Counted from the first letter of the stretch, positions 51,035 to 64,000 are shown. The stretch: DNA of 64,000 nt from Bugula neritina (GCA_964035545.1 OZ037765.1:23311504-23375503), one strand, 5' to 3'. Numbers and translations are program-made. Notes: a model not told the origin generated them from the letters alone.

Positions 51035-54000
51035 TGCTATGTATTGAACTAGCCTTGTCAATACACCACATAGATGCATATTATGACATACCACATTTTA
51101 TGTGCTGGGTTACTTTTTATTCTAATGTCTATTTGTTTAAACTCATTATATACAGTTTTTGCCATATCAATATACAAGCCAGTTGTTATTCTGTCACTGT
51201 TTATCTACATGTATTTTTATGTCAGTTACTTGTTAGCTTCAATACAATACAGTCATACATTCTACTCTACAGCCAATCTTACTTATACGTGCTTAATCTT
51301 ACTGTTTACTCTTGTTTAACATAAATAACAAGAACACAACAACTGGTGTCAGAACTGGGATAAATACAACCATATCATTTTGAAATGGAGGAAGTTATAA
51401 AACAACTTGTAACAACAATGCAGCAACAACAGCAGCAGCAGATGGAGCAATTCGCTCAAATACTGGGACAGTTTACTACAGCTGTAAAGCCTGGTGAACC
51501 TGCACAAAATAAATCTGTAACTGTGCCTAGATTCGACTCTTATGACAGAGACAAGGAATCATGGACTCAGTATTTACAGCGGCTCAATCAACACTTTACC
51601 GTTTACAACGTAAGTGACAGTGAACAAAAACGAGCTTGCTTACTTTCATGGATTGGCTCAGAATGTTATGAATTGCTAACAAAACTGTATGGCTCGGAGG
51701 ACATAACTACCATGTCGTTCGATAATCTAGCAGGTAAGCTTAGCACACATTTTATTGAAACAAAACATGTGCAAGCAGCTAGATATCAGTTTTATAACTG
51801 TAAAATGAAACCTAACCAGTCATACTCAGATTGGGCAGCTGATTTACGGGGTTTAGCTCGTAACTGCAATTTTACCTGTAAAAAGGAAGACTGTGGTGAA
51901 AGTTATGTTGATGATCAAATTCGTGACATAATTATTAAAGAAACTCCACATGCTGATGTACGTAGACAATGCTTATTGGATCCAGATCCTACACTGGAAA
52001 ATGTGTTAAAGAAGGCAGCTACATACATTCAAACAGCAGAAACTGATAAAGTTTTGAAGGGTGAGACCTCTACACCTGTTACCACAAATCAAATGTCCTC
52101 AACATACAAACGTCAAAACAAAGGTAGTCAGGGCAAGAGACCACAATTTCACAAGTCTGAAAACCAGACTGCTATGCCAACACAGCCTTCCAAGTTGAAA
52201 TCGTGTCCACAATGCTACATTAGCCACGATCGTAAACAATGTCCTCACCGTAACAAACAATGTAAGCTGTGCAACAAAACAGGACATATTTCTAGCGTCT
52301 GCAAAACTTCATCAAAATCAAGTGGGAACAACTCTCACTTCGTAGAAGAATCTTCAAGTAGTGTTTACAATATATATGAACGCAAGGGGAAACAAATATG
52401 GATTAACACTACTGTGAACAACAAACAAACACAATTTCAGTGGGACACAGGCGCTACTTGCTCTATGGTAGGGAACAAAGGCTACGAAGCCCTAGGCTCT
52501 CCACCATATCAACAGACAGACACGACCCTTCATTCATATGGAAATACCGCTATGCAGGTACGTGGTGAATGCTATGTAACAGTAACCATTGGTCAGACTA
52601 CAAAAAACAATCTTCGATTATTAATAGTAGACTCAGATGAAGGTGTCAACTTACTAGGTGTAGACTGGAGTGACAGTTTTGGACTATCACAACAGGGTCT
52701 ATCTGCTGTAGACAGTGACACCGAGGTTACTAACGCAGTACACAATGTTGATACCAAAGTCAAAGTTCTCACAACAAAATATCCCGATGTTTTCAAACCT
52801 GGAATAGGACATTGTAAAACATTCAAAGTACCAATTTACCTCAAATCAGAACAGAAACCTTGTTTTTCTAAACCTAGAGAAATCCCCTATTCTCAACATG
52901 AGGCCACTAGGGCTGAATTAAACAGGCTTGAAGCTGAAGGGGTCATACAACGTATTAACTTCAGTAACTGGGCCGCTCCTATAGTAGTGGTTACCAAACC
53001 GTCTGGCAAAGTTCGCATCTGTGGAGATTTCAAGCGACTCAATCAGTGCATCTCCATAGATCAGCATCCACTACCAAAACTGGATGATTTAATGAACAGG
53101 CTTAGAGGAGGTCAATTTTTCACCAAACTTGACTTGGCTGATGCTTACCTACAACTTGAGCTAGAAGATGATGCCAAACAGCTGTGTGTGATAAACACTC
53201 CATTCGGATTATACCAATATAATAGAATGTGCTTTGGAATTGCCCCTGGTCCAGCTCAGTTTCAACGGTGTATGGATACCTTGACTCAAAAATTACCAGG
53301 AGTTGCTGCATACCTTGATGATTTAATCATTACTGGTAAAACGGAGGAAGAACACTGGACTAATCTGACAAACCTGCTTTCAACACTTCAAGAGCATGGT
53401 TTTCGAATACGATTAGACAAGTGTGAATTCTTCAAGCACTCTGTTGAGTATCTGGGTCACACCATCGACAAGGATGGCAAACGACCAACAGCTGCTTCCA
53501 TGGCAGCTCTCTCTCAATTACCTCGACCACAGGACTTGCACCAACTGCAAGCATTTCTAGGAAAGGTTAACTACTATGGGCGCTTCATCTCTAATCTTGC
53601 GGATAAAGCAGCTCCACTGTACAAGCTCCTCAAGAATGATACCACATTCACATGGTCAAATGAATGTGAACAAGCCTTTACCCAGCTGAAGAATAGCATT
53701 ATCAATGCTACTAGCCTGACACACTATGATGAGACAAAACCCCTAATTCTTGCAGCCGATGCGTCATCCTATGGATTAGGAGTTGTTCTCTCTCAGGATA
53801 CTGATCAGGGAGAAGTTCCAGTGGCTTACGCTTCAAAAACATTGACTGACACTCAAAAGAACTACTCTCAGATTGAACGTGAAGCTCTCTCTATTATATA
53901 TGGTGTGACCAAGTTCAGACAATTCCTATATGGACGACATTTTACGCTAGTCACAGACCATGAGCCTCTCACTACTATTTTTGCACCAGGCAAAAATATT

Positions 54001-55764
54001 CCAACTTTAACAGCACAGCGTTTACAACGCTGGGCTCTCACTCTGATGGGTTTCCAGTTTACTATCAGGTACAGGAAAACCTCCCAACATGGGAATGCTG
54101 ATTGTCTTTCGAGGTTACCATTTGGTCCTGATAGCAATTTTGACCGAATCGAGCAGCAGGACAACAAGGAGATATCCCATGCAATACAAGAGCAAATATT
54201 TACATCACCTGTTGCTGGATACAATGAGGTCAGACAGGAAACTGTCAAAGATCAACACCTTCAACGTGTCATATCATGGATTCAGCAAGGTTGGCCAGTC
54301 ACAAAACCAGATGACAAAGAACTGGGCACTTTCTGGATTCACCGTGACTCCCTGCAACTTGAACAAGGTGTCTTGTTGTTGATACGCGAACAAACAAGTC
54401 GTGTAGTTATACCTCGTTCACTTCAATGCAGGATACTAGACACACTTCATTCTTCACACTGGGGTGTAGTCAAGGTAAAGCAACTAGCTCGCCGCTATGT
54501 GTGGTGGAGCACCATCAACACGGATATTGAGCTAGCCATAAAATCTTGCGAAGTATGCCAGGAGTCAGCAGCTGCTCCAGACCAGAAGTTTCAAAGCTGG
54601 CCCAAGACAGACAAGCCATGGGAACGCATACATCTAGATTTTGCTGGACCTTTTAGAGGAAAAATGTGGCTTATCTGCATTGATGCTTGTTCAAAATTTC
54701 CATATATTGGACGCATGGAAATAGGGCAGACAACTTCTCGCCAAACGGTACAAGTATTAAAGGATATTTTTGCTATAGAAGGTGTACCTGCTACTATAGT
54801 TACAGATAATGGCCCACAGTTTTCCAGTCAAGAATTTACTAATTTCTGCAACAGTTTCCACATCAACCATGTCTTGTCACCTCCATACCATCCACCTTCA
54901 AATGGTGAAGCTGAACGATTTGTCAGAACGTTTAAAAGCTCTGTGGACAAGAATTGTGAGGGAGGAGCATCTCTAGACGAGAGTATCAGACTTACATTAG
55001 CATCATATAGAACCATTCCACATCCTGCTTTGGAATGGAAAACACCTGCAGAAGTCCTGCATGGCCGCCAGCCCAGGGGCTTACTATCTCTTCTCCAACC
55101 TACTAATCACAAATACCCTAAACATGACAAGCCACAGACAACACAGTTCACTATTGACTCATTAGTGTACGCTCGTAACTACAGTACTGGTCCAAAGTGG
55201 ATCCCAGGAACTATTATCTCAAAACAAGGAAATGCTATCTACATAGTACAAACAGACAGTGGCAACTGGAAGAGGCATGCTAATCAGCTTCAAATTCGCC
55301 TTCCATCTACAAATATGAACAAATCAGTGGTACCCAACACACCACAAGCTGATAATAATATTGTCCATCCTCATGAGAGGCGCTATCCAACCAGAGAGCG
55401 CAGACAGCCAGATTGGTACAAGCCATAACTCTTAAGTCTAAATTTGTGAGGGAGGAGTGCTATGTATTGAACTAGCCTTGTCAATACACCACATAGATGC
55501 ATATTATGACATACCACATTTTATGTGCTGGGTTACTTTTTATTCTAATGTCTATTTGTTTAAACTCATTATATACAGTTTTTGCCATATCAATATACAA
55601 GCCAGTTGTTATTCTGTCACTGTTTATCTACATGTATTTTTATGTCAGTTACTTGTTAGCTTCAATACAATACAGTCATACATTCTACTCTACAGCCAAT
55701 CTTACTTATACGTGCTTAATCTTACTGTTTACTCTTGTTTAACATAAATAACAAGAACACAACA
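51035..55764 (+). mobile_element. Full-length intact Ty3/Gypsy (Mag-like) LTR retrotransposon
   Basis: 307-bp LTRs at 51035-51341 and 55458-55764 with no differences seen. TSD TTAAT, PBS TGGTGTCAGAACTGGGAT (tRNA-Leu-like), PPT GAGGGAGGAG. The paralogous site at 38517-38521 is empty. Confidence 0.97.
51385..55428 (+). CDS. Gag-Pol polyprotein, 1347 aa (Gag-PR-RT-RH-IN)
   Basis: Two Zn knuckles, DTGA protease, YLDD RT, ADAS/TDH RNase H, HHCC plus D,D(35)E integrase, in Gypsy order. Confidence 0.97.
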   Translation: MEEVIKQLVTTMQQQQQQQMEQFAQILGQFTTAVKPGEPAQNKSVTVPRFDSYDRDKESWTQYLQRLNQHFTVYNVSDSEQKRACLLSWIGSECYELLTKLYGSEDITTMSFDNLAGKLSTHFIETKHVQAARYQFYNCKMKPNQSYSDWAADLRGLARNCNFTCKKEDCGESYVDDQIRDIIIKETPHADVRRQCLLDPDPTLENVLKKAATYIQTAETDKVLKGETSTPVTTNQMSSTYKRQNKGSQGKRPQFHKSENQTAMPTQPSKLKSCPQCYISHDRKQCPHRNKQCKLCNKTGHISSVCKTSSKSSGNNSHFVEESSSSVYNIYERKGKQIWINTTVNNKQTQFQWDTGATCSMVGNKGYEALGSPPYQQTDTTLHSYGNTAMQVRGECYVTVTIGQTTKNNLRLLIVDSDEGVNLLGVDWSDSFGLSQQGLSAVDSDTEVTNAVHNVDTKVKVLTTKYPDVFKPGIGHCKTFKVPIYLKSEQKPCFSKPREIPYSQHEATRAELNRLEAEGVIQRINFSNWAAPIVVVTKPSGKVRICGDFKRLNQCISIDQHPLPKLDDLMNRLRGGQFFTKLDLADAYLQLELEDDAKQLCVINTPFGLYQYNRMCFGIAPGPAQFQRCMDTLTQKLPGVAAYLDDLIITGKTEEEHWTNLTNLLSTLQEHGFRIRLDKCEFFKHSVEYLGHTIDKDGKRPTAASMAALSQLPRPQDLHQLQAFLGKVNYYGRFISNLADKAAPLYKLLKNDTTFTWSNECEQAFTQLKNSIINATSLTHYDETKPLILAADASSYGLGVVLSQDTDQGEVPVAYASKTLTDTQKNYSQIEREALSIIYGVTKFRQFLYGRHFTLVTDHEPLTTIFAPGKNIPTLTAQRLQRWALTLMGFQFTIRYRKTSQHGNADCLSRLPFGPDSNFDRIEQQDNKEISHAIQEQIFTSPVAGYNEVRQETVKDQHLQRVISWIQQGWPVTKPDDKELGTFWIHRDSLQLEQGVLLLIREQTSRVVIPRSLQCRILDTLHSSHWGVVKVKQLARRYVWWSTINTDIELAIKSCEVCQESAAAPDQKFQSWPKTDKPWERIHLDFAGPFRGKMWLICIDACSKFPYIGRMEIGQTTSRQTVQVLKDIFAIEGVPATIVTDNGPQFSSQEFTNFCNSFHINHVLSPPYHPPSNGEAERFVRTFKSSVDKNCEGGASLDESIRLTLASYRTIPHPALEWKTPAEVLHGRQPRGLLSLLQPTNHKYPKHDKPQTTQFTIDSLVYARNYSTGPKWIPGTIISKQGNAIYIVQTDSGNWKRHANQLQIRLPSTNMNKSVVPNTPQADNNIVHPHERRYPTRERRQPDWYKP

Positions 55765-57851
55765 TTAATCATTTCATAAACTTTTTCTGTTTAAAGTATA
55801 TATAAGGAGTGCAAAACAAGGGTATTATATATTGTGCGCATTATTTTTGTTATATATATAACAATGTCCGTGGTTCAATTATAATCAACTCAAGACTCGG
55901 CAGTACTGCTATATATAATAACTGTTTTATTCTACAGAAAGTGAACCATTTATATTATAGGTAAGGTACAGTCATAAACTATTATGAAGTAACATGAAGG
56001 TATTCTACTTGCAGCTGCAATTTCCTGCTGTTACAAACACATAGTAAAATAACAAGTGTTGTGTATATACAGTGGGTGATTGTAACATTAGCACTACAAA
56101 GGGTGGCCACGGTAGTCTGAGAAACAGAATTAGATATACATATATATACCTAAACTAAATTCAAGACTTCCATACAAGGCAATAGTCTACAAGCATTCTA
56201 ACTTTTTAGTTGTTGTTCACAGTTGACCTATAGTCCCACATATAACATTTATAAGTTGTATTCAGGTTATTTATTACAACATTCTAAGAAGTTATATAAA
56301 AGTGAGTCATGCATATAGATTATATGTGTATATACCACCATGTTTTTATAATAATATAATACATCGTTGCTAAGTTACTTATAGACCATCAAATATTGCT
56401 GCTTAAACATCGATATTTGAGGGTATATAAACCATAAATAGATAATACTTCAAAATTGGACACTCACTAGATAATGTTGAGGTTAAAGATATACAACTAC
56501 TTTAAGTAGAATTATAGCAGTAATAGCTGTTAGTTCTGCAAGACACTTGGCCCAGAAGTTTTTTGCCTTCCACTTTGCAGAAATAGAGTCCGGTTATATA
56601 CAGTTCATAGATCTATATTATAATATATTTTACAGTGGCAACTTGCTTGTTCCTATTAAAGGGAAACTAGCTATAAGCAACACAAAACTTGATTAATAAC
56701 TACGGTGAATTACACTAAATATGCAATATTTACCATGAACCCGGTTGACTAAAAATGGTTTTATCTTAGCAACAATACCATTAGTTGGAAAGACGCTATT
56801 ATAATATAGTCATTTAGCAGCAGCAGTTTTTTTAAGTTTGTGCGAGAACATGGCTTCTTTTGTTACACTTTTATTCGAGAACACAGGCGCTTTTCAATTT
56901 TCCCTTTACTGCACCTATACTTCATTATAGTAGTGTAAAGCAACAGTGTTTATGCATGGTACACCCATGTTGACCACTGTACATCAGCTGCATGGGGAAA
57001 CGAGCTTTATTTGGGTCACCTTGTTTAGGCCCTTCAGTTAATTGTTTCGTTTTCCTAATTTTATAGTTTTTAATGATTGACCTCAAAAATTAGTCTATAA
57101 TTAAATAGCCCATGAAATATAATGTGTGATAATTCTTACTTTCTTCCCTACTAACTAATATCATTATACTTATATGAGTGCTAATATTAAATTAATAATA
57201 TAACTGTTGCAATTATGTAAGCTTTTATCTCCTTATCATTGTATGCATTGTTTCTTGAAGCAGCTTTTTACTATTTGAAAGAAAATCATATTTATAGAAC
57301 TGAGAGCTTTATAAAAAAATACGGCTCCTTCGGCAAGAATTAATCAGTAATTTTGAGTAATTTATTGAAAAAATTTCTTCTCTCTCTATAGACTATATAA
57401 ATATAAATGCTATATTTGTCATTAACAGAAACTATAGTAGAGTAAAACCTGAGTGAAAGAAACTTTAGTCATATCAATAGATTTTATTCCAACTGTAATA
57501 ACTTGAATATGATATATGATGAATGTTTAAGATTGGCTACACATGTGTTGTAATAACTTTGATCCACAAAACCCTTTAAAATGTTATATGTATTACTTAT
57601 TGAAACAGCCTTTCCAACTCTATTTATTTGATTCTTTCATAAGCTCTTTTTAGACATTTTCAGATTACGTAAGCAATTGCATGTTTGTTGGGTTTCATGT
57701 CAAATATTGTATACCCAAAAGCATAATATGAACAAAGTTTTGGTGTTTTAACTTTGCAAATTATGTAATTTATTGTTGAGAAAATACAACAATTAGAGTT
57801 ATGTGAGCTAAATTAAACAACTTTCACTTATAAGATAAAAACCATCTGACT

Positions 57852-59564
57852 TTAAAATATTTCTCGGAACTTCATTTCTGTTGTTTTCAGGGAATAATAA
57901 AATCCTTTCCAGGCTTCCCATTCCACACCATCAGCAAAGGAACTGTGAGTACCATTTAAGTACTTGCCATTCAAATTAGACCTGTGACATTTGTTATACC
58001 ACCAAGCACCGTGAAAGGCTACTGCACAGTGATCACTTCTAGCGTCGTTGTCATTATCAATCGTTGAAAATCTATATCCATTGTGGTAGGCCAAACTGTC
58101 TCCTAAAAATAGGTAATGCTGTAGTTTAATATCATAACTAGTATATGAATGTGTAATTTTGAAGGTCTATAGTGTAAAATTTTGGCCAAACATGTAATAA
58201 GCCATGCAATGTAAACACTGTAAAACAAACTATTATAATCATACATTAGTTTGAAGATGTATTTAACCTGGCTAATTTATATTAAATTATCAGCAACTCA
58301 TTAAGCAAGTTTCATCAAAAAGTCCACAAAATGATTACCTTATTTCAGAGCAAAATTGATATACTATAGGTGTTATTACAGTGCTTATGTGCTGGATTTA
58401 ACTACAAATTGCTATGAAGTTTTTTAAATTATTGGCTACAAACAAATTTTTAATTAAATTATGTCAAAGATTAATCAGCATTCGAGATAAAACATTATAT
58501 TAAAGATAATCTACAACTATTAAAAATAGCATGCACAAGCATTAAGTGAGTAGGTAGCAATTGGTAGCAGTATTTACTTTCAATAAAGACTCACCTGCTG
58601 TCCCAGAAAAGCCAGACACTGCAAGTTTATATTCAGTGGATGAGTCACCAACATTGAAACTGCTATACCTCGCATAGGCTGTTTCATCATCAAGACTTTC
58701 AAGGTCAACTCTCAACTCATGATTGCCATTAACTTGCAGAGCAGCTACCAGGTTGTCATTTCCTAGCCAGAACTCTCCGGTTAAACTACCAAATCCTAGT
58801 TTGTAGTCGGCCCACTTTTTGTAGAAATCAACTGAACCATCCATTCTCCGTTGGAATACCTATCATATGCATTGAAACCGGTATTTATTCATATTTAGGC
58901 AGCTGCAAGTTATTAAGAAAGTTAATGTGAACAGTTTTTTGTGTCAAGTAGCATTAATTATAAAGTAAGTTACTGTTTAATATGCTATGTATATTGAAAC
59001 ATGTATAAGAACCTGGTTCTGGTATATCAAATATAAGAATATAAATAAACTATTAAAAATGTTCAATAGAAAGTTCCGCATTCTGGAATCGAGTACTATA
59101 GCTCATTGTTATATGAACCACTCTAATACATAGAAGTTATTTACAATTAGTACAATGATACTCACAATCCATCCACCTCCATCAGTTTTCTGGTCACAGA
59201 CGACATCGATTGAAGAGTCAGCATGTCCTGTAGGGTAGATTGTGTAAACACCAGTCTCATTATGACCAAGACACAGCAAATCTAAGCATGATGTAGGTTT
59301 ACAGAGAGTTTTCGTCTTCAGTCTCTCATAGCAATACTCTTCCACCTCACATTCCAGCTGTAAACACAATGGGCCACAGTATTATACTAAAGTTAGTAGC
59401 AGAAGATTATTCTCAAAACGTACTTTTATTTATTTAAAGAATTGCAACTTTGTGTTTTAATTAACTTCCTATATAAGTAAGTAATAACTAGTATAACTCT
59501 GTAATATACTTACTGCTTGAAGCGAAGTTGCTAACAAAAGTGTCAATAAAATATACACTTGCAT
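57852..59564 (-). CDS. Gene F: secreted fibrinogen-related lectin (ficolin/tachylectin-5-like), 252 aa, apparently intact
   Basis: Exons 59564-59514, 59357-59166, 58859-58595 and 58102-57852; open frame. Ficolin-like GAWWYNKCHRSNLNGKYLNGTHSSFADG. Confidence 0.92.
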
Positions 59565-59781
59565 ATTTCCAGGGATTTCTATGCAGTAGACTACAAGTAT
59601 ATATAGTTTTACAGCACAACTCAAGTGCAGAACACAGAAAACTTTTCAGCTTTTTACTTTCTGCTAGCCAATCAAATTCAAATGTATCTGCCATTGACCA
59701 ATACAGATGAAAATGATGCCATGAAAACAAACATTTTATATAGTTTTTATTATCTTATTTTATACTCTAGGTAGAGCTGAA

Positions 59782-59784
<3 letters not shown>

Positions 59785-59840
<56 letters not shown>
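59785..59840. repeat. (TA)n microsatellite
   Basis: About 56 bp of TA. Confidence 0.97.
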
Positions 59841-59843
<3 letters not shown>

Positions 59844-59883
59844 AAAATGAATTATTTTCACATTTCAGTTATCAGTTAGACAT

Positions 59884-60462
59884 TGTAAAGATATAATAGT
59901 CATATCTTAGTTCACTCGGGCTACCCCAGGCTTTATGGTTGGAAAAGCTCGGGTTTATGGATTGCCTGCTGCTCCACTTGCTGCTACACCTCATCCATGC
60001 TTGCTTGTGTGGCTTTTAAATGGCTTGTGATTCAATGGCAATGGAGTTCTGTTATGTAGCCAACTGACAGATGTACTGAATTTAGTTACAGCGTTTTAAA
60101 CAGTCAGTCTCAGATTTTTGTTGGAAATAGTCGTTAATTTAGCATAACATATAGTGTGTGTCAGCAGGAGGCCAAAGGTCAGTAGAGTAACTCATTTATT
60201 TAATTTTATATTTTGTTCATAAAGTTCTGTATTTCATTTTTTATATTCCGCCATAGTCGTTTTATTAAGTTTTGTTTGTATTTTGTTTCTGTATTTGTTT
60301 CTGTATTGGTATAATTTGTGTTAATGTAGGTTTCACGGTATATATAAGATAAATAAAGAACCAGTAAACCACTCCATGCAACTTAGTAACACACATACTC
60401 AATAGTGAAACCTTACATCCCTCTATAGTGAAACCTTAACAGTGAAACCTACAGCCTTAACA
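59884..60462 (+). mobile_element. Solo LTR, 579 bp
   Basis: TGTAAAG...CCTTAACA with near-TSD GACAT/GGCAT, AATAAA at about 60352 and AGTGAAACCT x3 near the 3' end. Absent at the paralogous site 43681. Confidence 0.8.
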
Positions 60463-62074
60463 GGCATTTCTTGCTAAATGATTTATTTAAATCATATATG
60501 GTTTTATTTTGTTTGTGTTTCAACTAAATTTTTGTTGTCAAACAGTAAAGCGGTCAATTATTATAGTGAAGCAGTAGCACAATTTTAGGCTCTTATTACA
60601 TTGTTTCATGACTTGCGCTTGAAGGAATTTATGAGTTTATGTAATAATATTAGATTAGCACAAATATGTTTTAGGTTCAGCAATATACATTTATGTTGCT
60701 ATCAAGTGTTAATGGATTTTAACTTGTTGTAACACTTGGTATTGCCCAAGTTGGTAATAGGCTTAAGGGCTCGTCACATTTATATTTTTATTGCTTTGCT
60801 GTTTGAATTACCCAGACTTTAATCAAAGATATTTTCTAAAATACACACCAAGATTTACACATTATGGAACTGTACATGTACTTTTCATCAGAGGTATAAG
60901 CGCAACTTTAGCCTGATTGTAATTAATTTCCATACAGACAACACTAGTTATAGTTATTATCATCTGTAGCTATCACGAATAGATTTGGCATGCCTGGGCT
61001 ACCTCTGCCTTGATGAATGGGGAGGGAGCTACTTCAGGTGCTATTATGCACTACTAGCCAGAATTCCTAAATCATCAGTCCACACCTAGCAGCTGAACTG
61101 ACCAGTTACAGATTAAATGAGATTATGATAGTAATAGAACACATTGTGGTATCTAACAGTAGAAGTACTCCAAATAAAACTGTAAAAATTGCAAACAAAG
61201 AGCACATGCTTTAGGGTTGCTATTATGGTTGTTCACCATGCCCACCCCATGTCCACCTTATATAATATTATAGTAATTATTAACCTAGCTGCCCCAGGCA
61301 TATGATGGTACAGGTATATTCTAAGTGCATGAATGACATTCATATTATAACTTTTTATAAGATGGTAAACAATTATATTTAATAAATCAGCATGTTTGCT
61401 AGATTATTATGCTTGGGACGCAACAGCATGTTCATGAGTTCATGTTATGTGTGATTATGTCAGCTATGAAGAACAATGAAAAAGTGTAACACAACAAGAA
61501 GCCTGATTTTAGTATTTCAAGCAATATTCATTTCTAGTAAAACAGAAACTTATGCCCTACATATATAATAGCACAGTTTAAAACATTTAGAAAGTAATTT
61601 TAATTTTTTACTCAATTTTACATAAAATGTTCAAATAGCCCTGGCTTTCCTATATAATATTGTTAAAGCTATATAGACCTATAGGTTTGATTTAAATGCA
61701 ATATTTTTATATAAAGTTATAAAATCAGTAAAACATAATGGTTAAAGCAATCAAAGTGCGCCTGATGATTGAATTGAATGATTTGCTTTACTAGAAAAAA
61801 CTTCCACTAATAAATAATATACATTATATATGCAAGGATTTTCACTGAATTGTTTTACCAAAGTTATAATAATTCAAGTTCATTAGGCTATGTAAAAACT
61901 TTATATTACTTTTTTTTAAATTTCAACTTTAAAATAAATTTTTTCTATTGCATATTTTGTGATAATATATTATTTATATTTTCATCTTTGATATACCGGA
62001 ATCATTTTCTTATGAAAAGTAATTTTTCATCAAACAAAATAAACAGTAACTTACTTTGTGAAAAGACTCATATA

Positions 62075-62224
62075 CAGGCCATCCCAGTGAGAACCCAAGG
62101 ACTTTTTTCAACTATTTTGGCATTAAGGAGCCTTTCCTAACATCACTCCTAGCCTTCACTGGGAGTTGCACCACTGGACTAATGTTACTTAGCCAGTCCT
62201 CTAACCTCTAAACCACAGCTGCTC
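62075..62224 (-). mobile_element. tRNA-derived SINE, degenerate (duplicate of 45625-45819)
   Basis: Colinear duplicate with internal deletions. Confidence 0.65.
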
Positions 62225-62335
62225 TCTACAATTTGTATATATATTTAAATATTTTTTGCTTTAAATTTTTTAATTAATTTGTATAAATGACATGTTAGCT
62301 GCCAAAAGGCATTTCTCACTTTCAATGTGTTGTAG

Positions 62336-63309
62336 GTGTTTCAAAGAAGATTGAATGGTTCAGTTGATTTCTACAAAAGGTGGGACCACTACGAACAAGG
62401 ATTTGGTATTCTGAGTTGAGAGTTTTGGCAACAATGTGTTGAGGGTTGACCTTGAAAGTTTTAGTGCATGGTGAAACAAGCTATGCTAAGTTCAGCAGCT
62501 TCAATGTTGGTGATGAATCAACAAAATATTATTTTCTTGGTGTCTGGCTATACTGGGTTAGCAGGTTGGCATCTATTAAAAGTATAAATCTTGCCAATAA
62601 CTGCTACCAACTCAACAAATGTGTCCAATAGTTGCTGATTATATTCAAACTAATGCAATATCTCATAATTTTCTAGTAATGCCCATTAATGCTTCAAATT
62701 AACTTTGCAAGTTTTTGGTTATGAATTTCCAAAATTCAGTTAAAAAAAATTTTCTTGTTCTATAGCCAATGATTTGAAAAATTTATAACAATCCATTAAG
62801 TGACATACACTATCAGATCAGGGGTGCCACCAATCTATCTTCCTATATTAATCCAATTCTTTTACAAAATTCTTTTGAAATCTGCCTAATATTAGTGTAT
62901 ATTATAGAGCAGGTGAAGTTTATTTTCAGTCTATTGACTATAAGATTTTTGTTGTATGGCTAACTAAATATTTGGCCAACATTTTGGGTCTATAAGCCCT
63001 CAAGATATATTTTGTGGTTCCAGTTGATAATATAAAACATCGATTTTTTCTGGAGACAGCCTTCTATGTAACAATGGATGTAAATTTTCCACAAGAGATC
63101 ATGACAACGATGTTGACAATGAACACTGTGCAATTGAATTTGATGGTGCTTGGTGGTATAGAGCTTGCCATAGTTCTAACTTGAATGGCAAGTACTTGAA
63201 TGGTACTCGCAGCTTCTTTGCTGATGGTGTGGAATGGGAGGCCTGGAAGGGATACTATGATTCTCTGAAGACAACAGAAATGAAGTTCCAAGAAAGTTTT
63301 CAAAGTTGA
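62336..63309 (+). pseudogene. Gene H: fibrinogen-related pseudogene (exon 3 62336-62564, exon 4 63053-63309)
   Basis: Exon 3 has a TGA, a deletion and frameshifts. The exon-4 acceptor AG is mutated although its frame is open. No exon 1 or 2 was found. Confidence 0.87.
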
Positions 63310-64000
63310 GGCTTTTACAAGTGCAAATTGTGAAATTCAGTACACATACTTTAATTGGGTAATTTTTTGAAAAAGTCAAACACCAAAGTTTTGTTCATGT
63401 TTTACGTTTGAGTGAGCTGCTACAATATTAGACAAGAAACTTGACAGACATGCAATCTATTACGTAATGTAACAATGTCTGAGAAATAAATCAAAAGAGA
63501 GTGTTACTAATTAAGCAACTCTTGGTGTGAAAGAAGTGAAGCTATTAAATTTGCTTGCTAATAATTTTGCATTCTTGATTTTTGTAGCATAGTTATCTTA
63601 TAAATCTTGTACATGTTCTTTTGTATACATTATGGTTACACTTTTTACAAGCACATCTGGTTAAGCACTTGAGGTTTTACAGCCATGTTGTAACATATAT
63701 ATACGAATCTAAGCGTTACATCAATTCAAACATTTTGTGTGGTGTTTTAGAGAGTCCCTTACATATTTCATAATTGACATTTTCAAAAGTTAACTTTTCA
63801 GTGGAAGTTCAAAGTTTTGCTATAGTGACTTGATATTCCTAAAACACAAATAATGATTTTAGATGGCTGATGTCTTATCAAATTCTTTTTTTGGTTTCTA
63901 AAATTTAACTTTTTGTAAATACCATTGACTTAAATCAATTTTCCTGGCTTATTATTGCTTTTTTCACAATTTTATGAGAAACCTATTTAGGATATGCATC

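Larger units (their letters stand above)
50859..64000 (+). repeat. Tandem segmental duplication, unit 2 (runs off the window)
   Basis: Colinear with 38345-49889. Confidence 0.88.

Noticed and set aside
51034-51324. Hydrophobic 96-aa and 81-aa ORFs, repeated at 55457
   Set aside because: They lie wholly inside the identical LTRs and are T-rich chance ORFs, not env.

Overview
AT-rich, intron-containing animal (invertebrate-type) genomic DNA; the species cannot be determined from the sequence. The backbone is a cluster of small secreted fibrinogen-related lectin (FReD/ficolin/tachylectin-like) genes with a 4-exon plan: signal-peptide exon, Cys-rich/FBG-start exon, FBG core exon and ligand-binding P-subdomain exon. 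Three copies look intact (A 7821-9610 -, B 15721-17755 +, F 57852-59564 -). Six are pseudogenes or remnants (5397, C, D, E, G, H). The right half is a tandem segmental duplication (about 38345-50858 and 50859->64000). It carries a 3.5-kb near-identical tract and has a 3' fragment of TXNL1 at the junction. The cluster is full of transposons: a young intact Ty3/Gypsy element (51035-55764), two copies plus a fragment of a Gag+protease-only LTR element with 128-bp LTRs, two decayed LTR elements sharing an uncharacterised post-integrase zinc-finger/coiled-coil ORF, BEL/Pao and LINE fragments, an Academ DNA transposon with a tail-to-head junction, Harbinger- and pogo-like MITEs, tRNA-derived SINEs and solo LTRs. 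The best candidates for something new are the RT-less Gag-protease LTR family apparently under purifying selection, the shared accessory ORF, and the constant-exon-2 / variable-exon-4 pattern in the lectin cluster.
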